The translations under genes and the position numbers were made by a program. Below, piece after piece: positions 28,305-41,589 of a stretch of 64,000 nucleotides of DNA (position 1 is its first letter; every line of letters starts with the position of its first letter). The notes under the pieces were generated by a model. The model did not search any database and had not been told where the DNA came from. It saw only the letters and a program-made list of their open reading frames with translations. Source of the DNA: Octopus bimaculoides. Taxonomy: Eukaryota. The DNA lies in contig NC_068982.1 in NCBI RefSeq assembly GCF_001194135.2, forward strand, positions 125,461,765 to 125,525,764. The letters are read 5' to 3'.

Positions 28305-28731
28305 TTCAAATACCAGTATAAGGCTTGCTATTTGTGGAGATGGGTTAATCAGTTATACTGACTCCAGTATTTGACTGGTTCTTTATTTTATCGAACCCCG
28401 AAAAGATGAAAGGTAAAGTTGACCTCGAGGTAAAGAGCCTGAACAAATACAGGAAGGAATTTTGACCGACGCTCTAACGAATCTACTAATCTCTCATCTT
28501 CAATGTCCAGCTGAATAGTAATCATTACCTTTTCCTTCCTACTATAGGCACAAGACCTGAAACTTTAGAAGAGAAAGCGAGTCGATTGCATCGAACCCAG
28601 TGCGTGACTGATACTTATTTCATCGACCCGGAAAGGATAAAAGGCGGAATTTGAACTCTGAGTGTCAGGTCAGACAAAATTCCGCTAAGCATTTTGCCCT
28701 GCGTGCTAACGATTCTGCCAGCTCACCGCCT
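28305..28731 (-). mobile_element. Two SINE family B copies; the second has a roughly 22-bp TSD
   Basis: tgaatagtaatcattacctttt (28512) / tgaataataatcatttcctttt (28737). Confidence 0.8.
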
Positions 28732-29155
28732 TTAGTTGAATAATAATCATTTCCTTTTATTACTTCAACAATAAAGGTTAAGATCGAATCCTGTGAATTT
28801 TTGGAAATAAGAGACAAAGTAATCGTGCTATTTTTCTTTTCTGCTAGATAAGAGCATTAGTGATGTCCCGAAAGCATTTAAAACGGAGAATATAAACCTG
28901 TTTAACAATATGGCCTTCATTGTTTGTCAAATAATACTTCCTCTGAGAAACTTAATTTCTCTCACACCTTTTCAATATTCCTTCTTTGAACAATCCATTC
29001 AACAATTACTCGTTTACATTTTCTTTCTTGCTTCTTTTCTTACCTATCTTTTCCTTTTCCTTTTTCATCTGTCTTCCTTCTTCCCTCCGGTTTCTCTTTC
29101 ATTTATTAGTGCGCTAATATATATATCGGCTTACCCTCTTTTTAATACATATGAG

Positions 29156-29470
29156 CAGAGGTTCTCAAACTTTTTGGGCCACCGCTCCCCTCATAGCCAC
29201 ATAATACCCTCAGCGCCCCACCCCTATTTTTATGTGTAAATAAATATTTTATATTTTACTAATGTATATACACTATGAATCATTTGATATTTAATATATT
29301 ATACAATTTGTATACAATACTATAATAATAAATATTTTATATTTTACTAATTTATTTATATACACTATGAATAATTTGATATTTAATATATTATACAATT
29401 TGTATACAATACTATAATAATATAAATTCATAGCGTCCCCCATTCAACTACCTTCCTCCCAATGCCTCCT
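29156..29470 (+). mobile_element. hAT-like MITE left end with an internal tandem duplication of about 88 bp
   Basis: TIR-like cagaggttctcaaactttt; the AT-rich unit at about 29245-29420 is repeated twice. Confidence 0.55.
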
Positions 29471-29651
29471 TTTTCTCTACCACTCCCGCCCCCTTTTGAT
29501 ACTAGCACCCACCTGGACCCTCTCAACGCCCACAGAAGTAATAGCTTGTCGTATACTTTTACAGGTGTAATAACTTGTCCTGTACTTTTCTAAGTTTATA
29601 ATCTTAAGAATACTACTTTTCATGCTCGCATTTTTCCATGTAATATATATA

Positions 29652-29810
29652 TTAGGTTGGTACATAATTATTGCGGCTTTTTCCAAAAAAATTTATTCAA
29701 CAAAAACAATAACAACATTTAACGAAAGCATCCTTAAGTGATTATTCCGGAGCATATTCACAATCTACTTCAATTACTTCTTCCCATTTGCTTGGCAGCC
29801 GGTCGGAATA
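29652..29810 (-). mobile_element. mariner 3' terminus
   Basis: TA plus TIR ttaggttggtacataattattgcggc; C-terminus DRLPSKWEEVIEVDCEY. Confidence 0.8.
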
Positions 29811-29814
29811 ATCA

Positions 29815-30535
29815 TTTAAAGAGGCTGTGTAGAAAGATGAATAGAGGCATAACGTCGCCGTCACTATTGATCACTGCAAACACTATGATGTTGTCTGGAT
29901 ATTTGATTTTTATCACTCACGGTACATGTTTTGGGAACGCAGCAAACCAACGGTTGTTCTGTGTGTTCATCATCTGATCCTAGCAGAATTTTTTCTCGTC
30001 TGAGAAAAACCAAGGCATGTTCAGTTGGAGAGGATGGTTGAGTTTGTTGAGTTTGTTCAAAAGCTTTTTTGTGCAGTCTTTCCTCTTGTCCTTGATGGCT
30101 TGGGATAAAAATCGACCCTTTCTTATTTTGTATGAGGAATACCGAATGCCTTCATGCACTGCCTGCCTGATAAGAAACTCAGACACTCCCATGTCCCTGG
30201 CAAAGGACTTGATTGACTTGGTGGGCCTGGATCTCACCAACAAATTCAGCAGTTCAGAGTGAGTTTTCCGAGCTTCTGTACCTTCGTAATTATCATTAGA
30301 TTCATCCAACTCTCTCCGAGTCGTCTGCACAGTCCTCAGATTGACACCCAAACACTCTGAAATGTTCGTATTGGAGCTTCCGGCGTGAATGCCAAGCAGT
30401 ACAGCATGTCGTTCCCAAAGTTCTGACTGAGTAAATTACGTCATGGTGCTGTTTTCTCACAGACAGTGCCCAACTGACCCTACTATACTGTGTAGTTAAC
30501 AAAATCAAAAACAAACAATGCGCGGAATTAAAAAT
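29815..30535 (-). mobile_element. maT (DD37D-type) Tc1/mariner transposase remnant
   Basis: HTH region, WFFSDEKKFC, NTQNNRW, IVFAVISSDGDVMPLFIF. Confidence 0.75.
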
Positions 30536-30802
30536 GTACGTGTGTGTGTGTGTGTGTGTGTCTGTGTGTGTGTGTGTGTGCGTGCTTGTGTAAAGATCAG
30601 TGTCACTCTCTCTTTCTCTCTAGCTCTCTTTCTCTTGTTGAACCTCCTGTAGCCATATTTAGTTTAGGTGACTTTATTCATTAAGTTGTTGACTTAACCA
30701 TTGCTCATTCACATCATGTCTATTTGAAGACGAACTGACGCAACTGACTAATGCTGTTTTGAGTGGAAACAATAAGCTGTAAGACTGAGTTCGTTTTTAA
30801 AG

Positions 30803-30891
<89 letters not shown>

Positions 30892-30893
<2 letters not shown>

Positions 30894-31748
30894 GGGGTTG
30901 GACAAAATAATGGAAACACTTTAGTATCATAGCATCATAATTTTATAATATCTATAAAACCTTCAAAAGCTTGTTTATTTTTATGTTTTTTTATTTATTA
31001 TTAGTGTTGCTCAATATGTTTTGCTAAAATTACTGTTTCTTTTAGGATATCATCAGGAAAAGGTAATTAAAATTCATTAAACTGACAGATCTATCGGACT
31101 TGCAAAGAGGTCAAATTGTTGGTGCTCGTATGGCAGGCGCTAGTGTAACGAAAACAGCCGAAATGTTTGGTGTATCAAGAAGTACTGTCTCGAAAGTAAC
31201 GACAGCCTTTAACGAAAAGGGAAAAACCTCCTAGTCGAAACAAAACTCCGGAAGAAAACCAAAACTTTCAGATAAAGACTGTCGGACTCTTACGCAAAAT
31301 TGTTAGAAAGGATCACAAAAGTACAGCTCCCAAAATTACTGCAGAGCTTAATGACCAACTCGAGAACCCAGTTTCCACAAAAACTGTTCGCCTGGAGCTG
31401 CACAAAGCCGGATTTTACGAGAGGGCTGCAATGAGAAAACCACTACTTTCAAAAACAAAACGTTATAAAGCATTTAGAGTGGAGTAAAAACCTACAGAAT
31501 TGGTTCCTAGAGCAGTGGAAGAATGTCATTTTCTCGGATGAGTCATCTTTTACCTTACTTCCGACCACCGGCCGAGTATACATGTGAAGACAGCCGAAAG
31601 AAGTATTTGACCCAGACTGCTTTCTTCCAACTGTTAAACATGGAGGAGGATCTATGATGATCTGGAGGGCTATATCTTGGAAATCCGCCGGCCTAATGGT
31701 TTCCCTTCATGGCAGAATTAATAGTCAAGATTATTTAAGCATTTTATG
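30892..31748 (+). mobile_element. Tc1-family transposon, 5' part
   Basis: TA plus TIR caggggttggacaaaataatggaaacac; LSDLQRGQIVGAR..GRKPKLS..WKNVIFSDES..TVKHGGGSMMIW. Confidence 0.9.
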
Positions 31749-31749
31749 C

Positions 31750-32022
31750 TTAAATTTAAGCGTATGGTGGGACTGGGAAGGGATTATCCATTACGAATTG
31801 CTTGAACGGAACCAACGGTCAACGCGGAACTCTATGTTCAACAGATGGAACGACTCAACACGGCTATTCAAGAGAAAAGACCTAATTGGCAGCATGAAGT
31901 TCTGCTGCACGACACCGTCCACCCCCATATTGCCAATATAACCAAGGAAGACATTCAAACGCATGGCTGGGAAGTGCTGCCACACCCGCCGTACTCTCCT
32001 GATTTGGTACCAACGGTTTTCA
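31750..32022 (+). mobile_element. mariner (DD34D) catalytic-domain fragment
   Basis: SVWWDWEGIIHYELL..HD..HPH..GWEVLPHPPYSPDL. Confidence 0.9.
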
Positions 32023-32653
32023 AGCGGTCGGAGAAACACACACACACACACACACACAAACGCCTTCCATACAGTTTCCGTCAACCAAATTCACTCTCAA
32101 GATATTGGTTGCTTGGTGGCTATAGTAGAAAACATTTGGTTAAGGTGCCGCGCAGTGATACTGAACTTGAAAATACATGGTTGTAAAGTATTGCCTGCAC
32201 CAATGGTATTATTTAACATTATTTGGGAAATGGCTTATAATTTAATAACTGTAGTTGAAAATCTTGAAGTTTATAAAATTTGTAATATATGTAATGTAAT
32301 ATATGTAATATATGTAATATATGTAATGTAATATATGTAATGTATAATGTCATTATTCGTGGGCTGGACTTAGTAAAAATAGGGGTATTTCATGTCTTTG
32401 TTGTTATGAAATATCAGTGTGTTTAGAAAGGTTATGAATAGTTGTGAATTATATTTGATATTTTAAAACTTGGAAATTGGTTCTTTGGTTGGGGTTTTTT
32501 TTTTCTTTTTGGGTGGAGGGTTGTCGATCTTAAATGTAATAAAGAAGAAACTGCTTCAATTGAAAATAAAATGTTACTGCCATTACGCATTTAAAATGTG
32601 TGAGTGTGTAAGAGTGAGTGTGTGTGAGTGTGTGTGTGTGTATGTGTCTGTCA

Positions 32654-32697
<44 letters not shown>

Positions 32698-32821
32698 ATG
32701 TGTGTGTGTGTGTGTGTGTGAGTGCGTGTGTGTGTTTGATTGGTGGTTGGATATATACTCACATACATGGCCTGACTTACATACATGGCCTGACTTACAT
32801 ACATGGCCTGACTCTACGTCG

Positions 32822-33390
32822 GTTATAACGATGATCATTCACGTGAATGACCATGGGATTGCAACTAGAAAGTTACCCTCCGAGGCACAAGTCCGGGCAA
32901 GGTTGTTTACAGAAGACCAGTAGTCGCCCATGCATACCAGCCTCCCCTCTCCACTCCACCGATGTTATCCAAGGGACAGGAAAAGGCCGACACAGCTTGG
33001 CATCAGTGATGTCGCAACTCATTTCTACAGCTGAGTGAACTGAAGCAACGAGAAATAGAGTGTCTTGCTCAAGAACACAACACGCAGCCCGGTTCGGGAA
33101 TCGATCTCACAAACTCACGATCTAGCCACTGAGCCAACGGAACAGCCAACTCGTAAAATTAACGCGCAAGTGGCTGAGCACTCCACAGACACGCATACCC
33201 TTAACGTAGTTCTCAGGGAGGTTCAGCGTAACACAAAATGTGGCGAGGCTGGTGCTCTGAACTACAAGTAGATCTCACTTCTGGGATAACAAAAAAATAA
33301 AATGTCTTGCTCAAGGAAAGAACGTGCCGCCGGGAATCGAACTCACGAGCTTACGATCGCGAGCCGATTGCCCTTGTCATTGAGCTATGC
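32822..33390 (-). mobile_element. SINE cluster: family D (32822-33128), family C fragment (33128-33265), family D head (33296-33390)
   Basis: Reverse complements of 7423-7747 and 12748-13116. Confidence 0.75.
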
Positions 33391-33434
33391 GCCTTTACAC
33401 TTGCATACAATAACGCATATACATACATTGGTCT

Positions 33435-33915
33435 CAAATTTTAGAACAAGGGCAACAATTTCGGGTGGGTAGGTAAGTTGATTATGTAGTCTCCGGTGCT
33501 CAACTGTTACTTACTTTATCGATCCTAAAAGGATGAAAGGCAAAATCGACCTCTGCGAAATTTGAACTCAAAACACGAAGACGAACGAAATGCCGAAAAG
33601 CATTTCGCATTTCGTCCGGCGCGGAAATGATTCTGCCAGCTCACCGCCGTCGCATATACATATTAACGTTCAACTAAAATATTTATTTGCAACGCAAATG
33701 ACACTTGTTAACAATAAAATTTTGGTGCAAGACCAGCAATTTTAGGGGAAGAATATAGTCGATTACCATCAACCCCAGTGCTCAGTTGGTACTTTGACAA
33801 CGAAAAGATGAAAGGCAAAATTGAATGGAATTTGAATTCAGAACGTAAAGAACCGAAAAAAAATGTCACTATGTAGTTTGTCCGACGCGCTAGCGATTCT
33901 GCCAACTCTCTGCCT
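33435..33915 (-). mobile_element. Two SINE family B copies
   Basis: Reverse complement of the family B head and core; short flanking repeats. Confidence 0.8.
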
Positions 33916-34596
33916 TACACTTGCATACAATATTGTATTCACACACACATACATACATACATACATACACACAAGAAGTGGGTATTAACAAAGGTAAGCT
34001 TTTATCGTTTTTAACTGCATGTCGTAATCTTATACTTCTATAGGCTTATCTCTAATGAGTTCTGGTTTGAGGCTACGCAGCTTGATAAGACTGGAAAAGA
34101 ATTTGCACATGAGGTCATTACACGACGTCATTACAAGAAAGAGATCAAACATATTTAAATTTGCCAAATATAAGAATTCCTTTCGATTTTCTTATCGGTG
34201 TTTAATTTTGACATGGAGACAAATGTCATGGCCTTAACTTTCCTTCTTTATTCAAGTGTCTCTATGTATTTTCTCGTCAGAGGAAGTGGTGACATGGCTT
34301 AAAACTATTTCCCGTCTTAGAGAAGTAGGTTCTGTATTAGGCACGTACGATATATTCATTCAGTAACTGGCCTATTCACAATGTATATACATTAAATATG
34401 ATTGAGATAAAGAGTCGACGTAATGAGAAGCAATGAGCAGTGTGTCCTTTATGAACGATATGTAGTGCTAAAGACAGAATATGAACTAAAAGCATTCGTA
34501 AGGAAGTGGGTAGGAAGTTTGCTTCCCAAGCACTTGATTCCGGATCCAGTCACACTGTGTGGAACCTTCTACTATAACCGCAGGTCAACCAAAGTG

Positions 34597-34636
<40 letters not shown>

Positions 34637-34970
34637 CTTATAAGTTGGGGATATAATCATGAAAATGATTATATCAGTGACTAGCGTTAAAAAAATGACC
34701 ATATCGGTAAAATTAATTTTTGAGTATATAATTATAAAGATATAATTATAATTAAGGGCGCTGGAATGCCGGTGCCTATACGCTAGAAGTAGATGTCAAA
34801 TACCTACAATCCACTCTAAGTTTGTTCTCTCTTTGTAACCCAAGGTCGAATGCTAGGTAATGAGCAAGAAGATCCAATATCTTAAGATTTCGTGCTCTGT
34901 AACAAAGATTACTTTACACTCTTCAGTAGAGATATACCGACAATATATAAGCGAAAAATATTTATATATA

Positions 34971-35143
34971 GGCATAGGAGTGGTTGTGTGGTAAGTAGCT
35001 TCCTTACGAACCATATGGTTCCGAGTTCAGTCCCACTGCGTGGCACCTTGGGCAAGTGTCTTCTACTATAACCTCGGGCCGACCAAAGCCTTGTGAGTGG
35101 ATTTGGTAGACGGAAACTGAAAGAAGCCCGTCGTATATATGTA

Positions 35144-35185
<42 letters not shown>

Positions 35186-35378
35186 TCTCCCAACATCACT
35201 TGACAACCGATGCTGGTGTGTTTACGTCTCCGTAACCTAGCGGTTCGGCAAAACAGACCGATAGAATAAGTACTAGGCTTACAAAGAATAAGTTCTGGGG
35301 TCGATTTGCTCGACTAAAAGTGGTGCTCCAGCATGGCCACAGTCAAATGACTGAAACAAGTAAAAGAGTAAAAGAGTA
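34971..35378 (+). mobile_element. SINE family A, complete ungapped copy
   Basis: tggttgtgtggtaag A box, gagttcagtccc B box, internal (TA)/(TG)n, (TAAAAGAG)2 tail. Confidence 0.92.
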
Positions 35379-35689
35379 TACATACCGATATATGTATGTG
35401 TGCGTGTGTGCGCGCGCGCGCACGTGGTATGTGTGTGTGTGTGTGTGTGTGCGTGCGTGTATGTGTGCGTTTCTTTGTGTTTGTCCTCATCACCGCTTGA
35501 TAACTGATGCTGGTTTGTTTACGTTCCCGTAACTTAAAAGAGATCAATAGAATAAGTACCAGGCTTTAATGGAAAAAAGGCACTGACGTCGATTCATTCG
35601 ACTAATAACAGATAAAAGTAAAAGATAACTGAATTTGAACTTGGATGCACAAATTTAACCCTTCTTATCTCCGAAATTCAGTTAATAAA

Positions 35690-36000
35690 GGCTCTAAATG
35701 GCTCTAAAAGACTACGAAAACTAGCTATGTGCCTCAAAGTAAGGTGCTTTCTACTGATCACAGAACCATGTCTCCAATAAACCTGATGCGTTCTTTTTAT
35801 CCAATATAAATTATGTTTAATTGCCGATTTGTTTTTACGATGTCCTGTAGTTTGGAGAGAAATATCTGTTGAAGACGGCTAAATATAATTGACATGAATT
35901 TATATGCTGTATTTTGGGTGTTGATATTTTGCAAGTTTCCCGACAGACTCATTCCCCTTTTGAATAAAACAGGAAGCAGAGTGAAACAGTCTGACATTAG
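35690..36000 (-). mobile_element. Highly decayed non-LTR reverse transcriptase fragment
   Basis: LPVLFKRG..NLQNINTQNTAYKFMSIIFSRLQQ resembles the NYRPISLLNTDYKI..RL motif. Confidence 0.4.
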
Positions 36001-36337
36001 AGAAACATAGCGATTGGCCTTACATTTCCTGTCTTTTCAACTGCACTCAAATTTACGCACAGATTTCCACATATAATCAAATACGAAAACACTATCACAC
36101 ACAAACACATGCACACGCTATTAGCAGTACTTTACATGTCTTCGAATTTTCACATTTATCATGTTTTCCTTCTTTTCTTTTTTTTTTTTCTTTCACTTTC
36201 ACACTTTCCCATCCTCTCTTACTTTTACTGTCATGTTCCCAATCTTCCCCTATCTCTCCCTCTCTCTTTCTCTCTTCCCGCTCATGCACATCTTCCAAAT
36301 CTCATTTTGTTGCCCTTTTCACTCTCTCTCTCTCTCT

Positions 36338-36369
<32 letters not shown>

Positions 36370-36835
36370 CCCCTCTCTCTCTCTCTCTCATTTCGTACCT
36401 TTCTCATTCTTCTCATATATATATATATATATATATATTATGTGTATATATATATATTATGTATATATATATATTATGTATATATATATATTATGTATAT
36501 ATATTTATATATANNNNNNNNNNNNNNNNNNNNNNNNNNNNNNNNNNNNNNNNNNNNNNNNNNNNNNNNNNNNNNNNNNNNNNNNNNNNNNNNNNNNNNN
36601 NNNNNNNNNNNNNNNNNNNNNNNNNNNNNNNNNNNNNNNNNNNNNNNNNNNNNNNNNNNNNNNNNNNNNNNNNNNNNNNNNNNNNNNNNNNNNNNNNNNN
36701 NNNNNNNNNNNNNNNNNNNNNNNNNNNNNNNNNNNNNNNNNNNNNNNNNNNNNNNNNNNNNNNNNNNNNNNNNNNNNNNNNNNNNNNNNNNNNNNNNNNN
36801 NNNNNNNNNNNNNNNNNNNNNNNNNNNNNNNNNNN

Positions 36836-36904
<69 letters not shown>

Positions 36905-37372
36905 ATACGCCCATTTCGTTAATTATCGCTGTCTCTTTATTTCTACGCCATGCCGTTTACATTATTCTGTATAGTAAATATTTTCTGAAGTCCTTTCACT
37001 TGAAATATTATTCACTCACGTCGCATACATCCTATTTTCAATTTTCACTTCCATTCCAGTACTTACTATAAGCTTCCTTTCCCTTGGGTGAAAGGCCGAT
37101 TAGGCCACCGAACGAGTTCTGAATGTGAGAGCGAGAATAATAATGATTTCAACCACAAGGATAAGCTCACAAATTTCTTTCAGAATGGGTAGAGTTCTTT
37201 TATGCGAATCCACTCCTTAGCTGCTTACGTATATTATTTGCCTTGCAAGGGTGAAGGATAATATTAGCAAATGTGAGAAGGGAAAGTAAAAGTTACTGGA
37301 TAAATCGTCGATTCTGTCACGTATTTCTTTTGAGATCTGATATAATTACCTTCTCGAATCATGCTCACTTAT

Positions 37373-38010
37373 TAGGGCCGGTTTGCCGGTCCGTCGCAGG
37401 GTTACTCATCTTTACCAGCTGAGTGGACGGGAGCAACGTTAAATGATGTGTTTTGCTCAAGAAAACAACGCATTACCCAGTCCAGGAATCGAAACCACAA
37501 TCTTACGATCATGAATTCAACACCCTAACCACTAAGCCACGCGTCTCCACTTTACATCTGATATGATTGATATCAGGAATCTTATCTTTTACTTTTTCAG
37601 TCAATGTACTGCGGCTATGCTGGAGCACCACTTAGAAAGGTTTTAGTCGAGCACATCAATTCTAGTGTGTTTTTTTAAAAAAAAACTCTGGTGCTTATTC
37701 TTTCGATCTCTTTTGCTGAACGTTTTAAGTTACGGGGACGTAAGCAAACAAACACCAGTTGTCAAGCGGTGGAGGTGGGACGAACACAAACACACATGTA
37801 TACGTTAGAAACTGTGTGGAAGTTCGTTGTGCGTGTATATATATATTATATACATAGGCGTGGCTGTGTGGTAAGAAGCTTGCTTCCCAATCACATGATT
37901 CCGGGTTCATTCCCACTGCATGGCACCTTGGGCAAGTGTCTTCTACTATAGCTTCGGGCCAACCAGAACCTTGTGAGTGGATTTGGTAGACAAAAACTGC
38001 AAGAAGCTAG
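37373..38010. mobile_element. SINE cluster: D-like copy (-) 37373-37550, A tail (-) 37580-37800, A head (+) 37855-38010
   Basis: Similarity to the family A and D copies elsewhere in the window. Confidence 0.75.
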
Positions 38011-38686
38011 TCGCATATATATGTGAAATTGCGTGTGACCCTCTGATGAGGATTTGCTATGATTGATAAAAAAATAAAAATAAATAAGTGGAAATTTTAC
38101 CGGTGTATGTGTTAAATTATAAGGCACCAAAAGAGACACAACAGTATATATATATATATATGTATGTATGTATATATATATATGTATGTATATATATATA
38201 CACACACACATATGTATATATAAANNNNNNNNNNNNNNNNNNNNNNNNNNNNNNNNNNNNNNNNNNNNNNNNNNNNNNNNNNNNNNNNNNNNNNNNNNNN
38301 NNNNNNNNNNNNNNNNNNNNNNNNNNNNNNNNNNNNNNNNNNNNNNNNNNNNNNNNNNNNNNNNNNNNNNNNNNNNNNNNNNNNNNNNNNNNNNNNNNNN
38401 NNNNNNNNNNNNNNNNNNNNNNNNNNNNNNNNNNNNNNNNNNNNNNNNNNNNNNNNNNNNNNNNNNNNNNNNNNNNNNNNNNNNNNNNNNNNNNNNNNNN
38501 NNNNNNNNNNNNNNNNNNNNNNNNNNNNNNNNNNNNNNNNNNNNNNNNNNNNNNNNNNNNNNNNNNNNNNNNNNNNNNNNNNNNNNNNNNNNNNNNNNNN
38601 NNNNNNNNNNNNNNNNNNNNNNNNNNNNNATATATATATATATATATATATATATACTTTATTGAAAAGCAGCAAAAATATCACAG

Positions 38687-38724
38687 ACTGTTACTCAGTT
38701 TCACATTCCTGTTTGTCGGACAGT
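38687..38724 (-). ncRNA. Minimal type I hammerhead-ribozyme-like motif with a degenerate core
   Basis: Minus strand ACUGU-CCGACAA-ACA(GGAA)UGU-GAAA-C(UGA)G-UA-ACAGU: three stems form; core differs from CUGANGA at U4 and G8. Confidence 0.5.
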
Positions 38725-39176
38725 TTTGTTTACAATGGAACGAAAAAAAAAGGTTGTACGCAAACATATACAATTAGTTTAATGGATACACATTTGAAAA
38801 TGGTTTTGTTTCATTGATCCTCTCAGCTACCGGTCGTTACAACGACCAGTTGCCTGCAATGAACAACTTTCGGTATAAAATCATTTTATTGTCAAATCGA
38901 AGAAAACCTTAAATCAAATAAAGCTTATAAAAGGACAGATTCTAAATACCTAGGGTAAATAATTATTCGTAAAATATTAATCAATTAATACATTAAAAGT
39001 TATATCCGTTTTTAAAAAATGTTTCACGTTGGATTACATTTACATTTAGCAGCATATGCACTTACTAAACCCTCTATAATATACATATATACACTAAAAC
39101 ATACCGACGCATGTACATAGCTACATACATGTACAGACATATATAGGCGGACATAAACATATATAAAAATAGCTAA

Positions 39177-39216
<40 letters not shown>

Positions 39217-39789
39217 ACTCACACATGCACGCGCACAAAATTTCCTGGCGTATGCTTATACAAGTTAGTTGTTACAGGCAAAAGAAAGAGAAGGAACACA
39301 ATAAGTATGGGGAGGAGGAAGAAAATAGTGGAGAAGAAGAAAAAGAAAGAGAAACAGAAAAATAGCGAGAGAAAAGGGAAAATAGATAGGGATAGTGAAT
39401 GCTACATAATGGCGTTCGCAAGTAACCAACAACGTTTAGATACATCATATAGTTTGCGCAACTAACACATAAAAACGAACATATAAAAGTACATGTATAT
39501 CTAGATAAGTGTAAATATATATACATATGTAAATATCCATATGTGCGTATATTTACAAATATACGCACATATGGATACTATATAAATATACAAAAATATG
39601 TACGCAAATACATGCTCACATATATAAAAGTATACGCACATATCCATACACATCTATATATGTATGCACACACATATGTATATGTACATATATATACACA
39701 CATATACATACGCATATGCATACGTAAATATACATACATACATACATATAAATATAAATATATAGATATATCTACGTCATGATGTATAT

Positions 39790-40365
39790 TACTCTTTACT
39801 CTTTTACTCTTTTACTTGTTTCAGTCATTTGACTGCGGCCATGCTGGCGCACCGCCTTTAGTCGAGAAAATCGACCCCAGGACTTATTCTTTGGAAGCCT
39901 AGTACTTATTTTATTCGTCTCTTTTTNNNNNNNNNNNNNNNNNNNNNNNNNNNNNNNNNNNNNNNNNNNNNNNNNNNNNNNNNNNNNNNNNNNNNNNNNN
40001 NNNNNNNNNNNNNNNNNNNNNNNNNNNNNNNNNNNNNNNNNNNNNNNNNNNNNNNNNNNNNNNNNNNNNNNNNNNNNNNNNNNNNNNNNNNNNNNNNNNN
40101 NNNNNNNNNNNNNNNNNNNNNNNNNNNNNNNNNNNNNNNNNNNNNNNNNNNNNNNNNNNNNNNNNNNNNNNNNNNNNNNNNATATACATATATACATATA
40201 TACGATGGGCTTCTTTCAGTTTCCGTCTACCAAATCCACTCAAGGCTTTGGTCGGCCCGAGGCTATAGTAGAAGACACTTGCCCAAGGTGCCACGCAGTG
40301 GGACTGAACCCGGAACCATGTGGTTGGTAAGTAAGCTACTTACCACACCAGCCACTCCTGCGACT
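39790..40365 (-). mobile_element. SINE family A (gap internal), flanked by a direct repeat of about 130 bp
   Basis: Tail at 39790, head at 40365; flanks 39651-39780 and 40371-40550 match. Confidence 0.85.
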
Positions 40366-40859
40366 ATATACATCTACATATGTATGCACACACATATGTA
40401 TATGTACATATATATACACACATACACATACGCATATGCATAGGTAAACACACACACATGTTTATACATACATACATACATACATACATACATACATACA
40501 TACATACATACATACACATAAGTATAAATATATAGATATATCTACGTCATAACGTATGTATGCAAATAATTTTTAAAGAAATTGCCCGGTGTGTATATTA
40601 AAATGTAAAATGTAAAATAACATAATTAAATACGTGAGTAAAAATAAAAATAAAAATAAAATAATAAAAAATAAACTTCGGCAAAGCTTAAGCTTAAAAT
40701 TAAATTTATAAAACAGCCGAAAAGTTTCTTAAAGATGAATTTGAAATAAACGTTAGCGTTGCGATGCAAAATAACTATTCCATGTAAAGTCAAATTCAAA
40801 TAACACAGTAAAAAATATATATATTTCGAAAGTCAAAACACGGTATTTTGTCGGTTGAC

Positions 40860-41395
40860 ATTTTAAATTTTGTGGCGTGCCTGCAGGAATGTAAGAGCTC
40901 GCGTCTCTAGTTCAAAGCATTTTTTATCTCGGAACAAGATGAAGAACTTTTCTGAGAGTCAAAGATTACATTTCATAGGTCCTTTATAAGCTCCATGTCT
41001 GTATGCTGATACTTTTTCTAGAATTTTCCAGGTTACATTGAAAGGACGGGTCTCATTCTCTTTCAATTCCCAGACATGCTTTGCAAGACTAGTCGCTGTC
41101 CTTTTCTCGGGGTATCGGAAAGAATTTCGGTGGGAATAGAATCGAGTCTTGAATGAATTTTCTGAAGCCCCTGTGTATGTTTTCTATACCTGTGAGCCAT
41201 TTATTTGCACTTTGGCTTTATAAACAATGCCTTTTCCAAGACATTTTCCTTCCAACGGACAGCAAGTCTCATCTTTGCAGTAGCAATTCCTCAGATTAGA
41301 TTCGGCACTGTAGGTGTCTGTAATGATTTTTGTATATAAATACACCAGAGTAAGCGACTATTCTTGCAAAGCATGTCTGGGAATTGAAAGAGAAA
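40860..41395 (-). mobile_element. Penelope-like GIY-YIG remnant with a short inverted duplication
   Basis: RNCYCKDETCCPLEGKCLGKGIVYKAKV..KTYTGASENSFKTRFYSHRNSF..TSLAKHVWELKE..VTWKIL..KCNL*LSEK. Confidence 0.85.
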
Positions 41396-41589
41396 ATAAC
41401 CTAACGGTTCGGCAAAAATGACCGATAGAATAAGTGCTAGGGTTATAAACAATAAGTCCTGGGGTCAACTTCTTCGACTAAAAGCCTTTAAGATGGTGAT
41501 CCAGCATGGAACGTTAAATAAAGAATTATACAAAATCTGACTGCCTCCTTTATCTGAATATACAATATCTGTTCATCATTTCAAACTCT

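Noticed and set aside
32760-32815. Three 18-bp tandem repeats as a CRISPR-like array
   Set aside because: There are no spacers, the context is eukaryotic, and it is a simple minisatellite.
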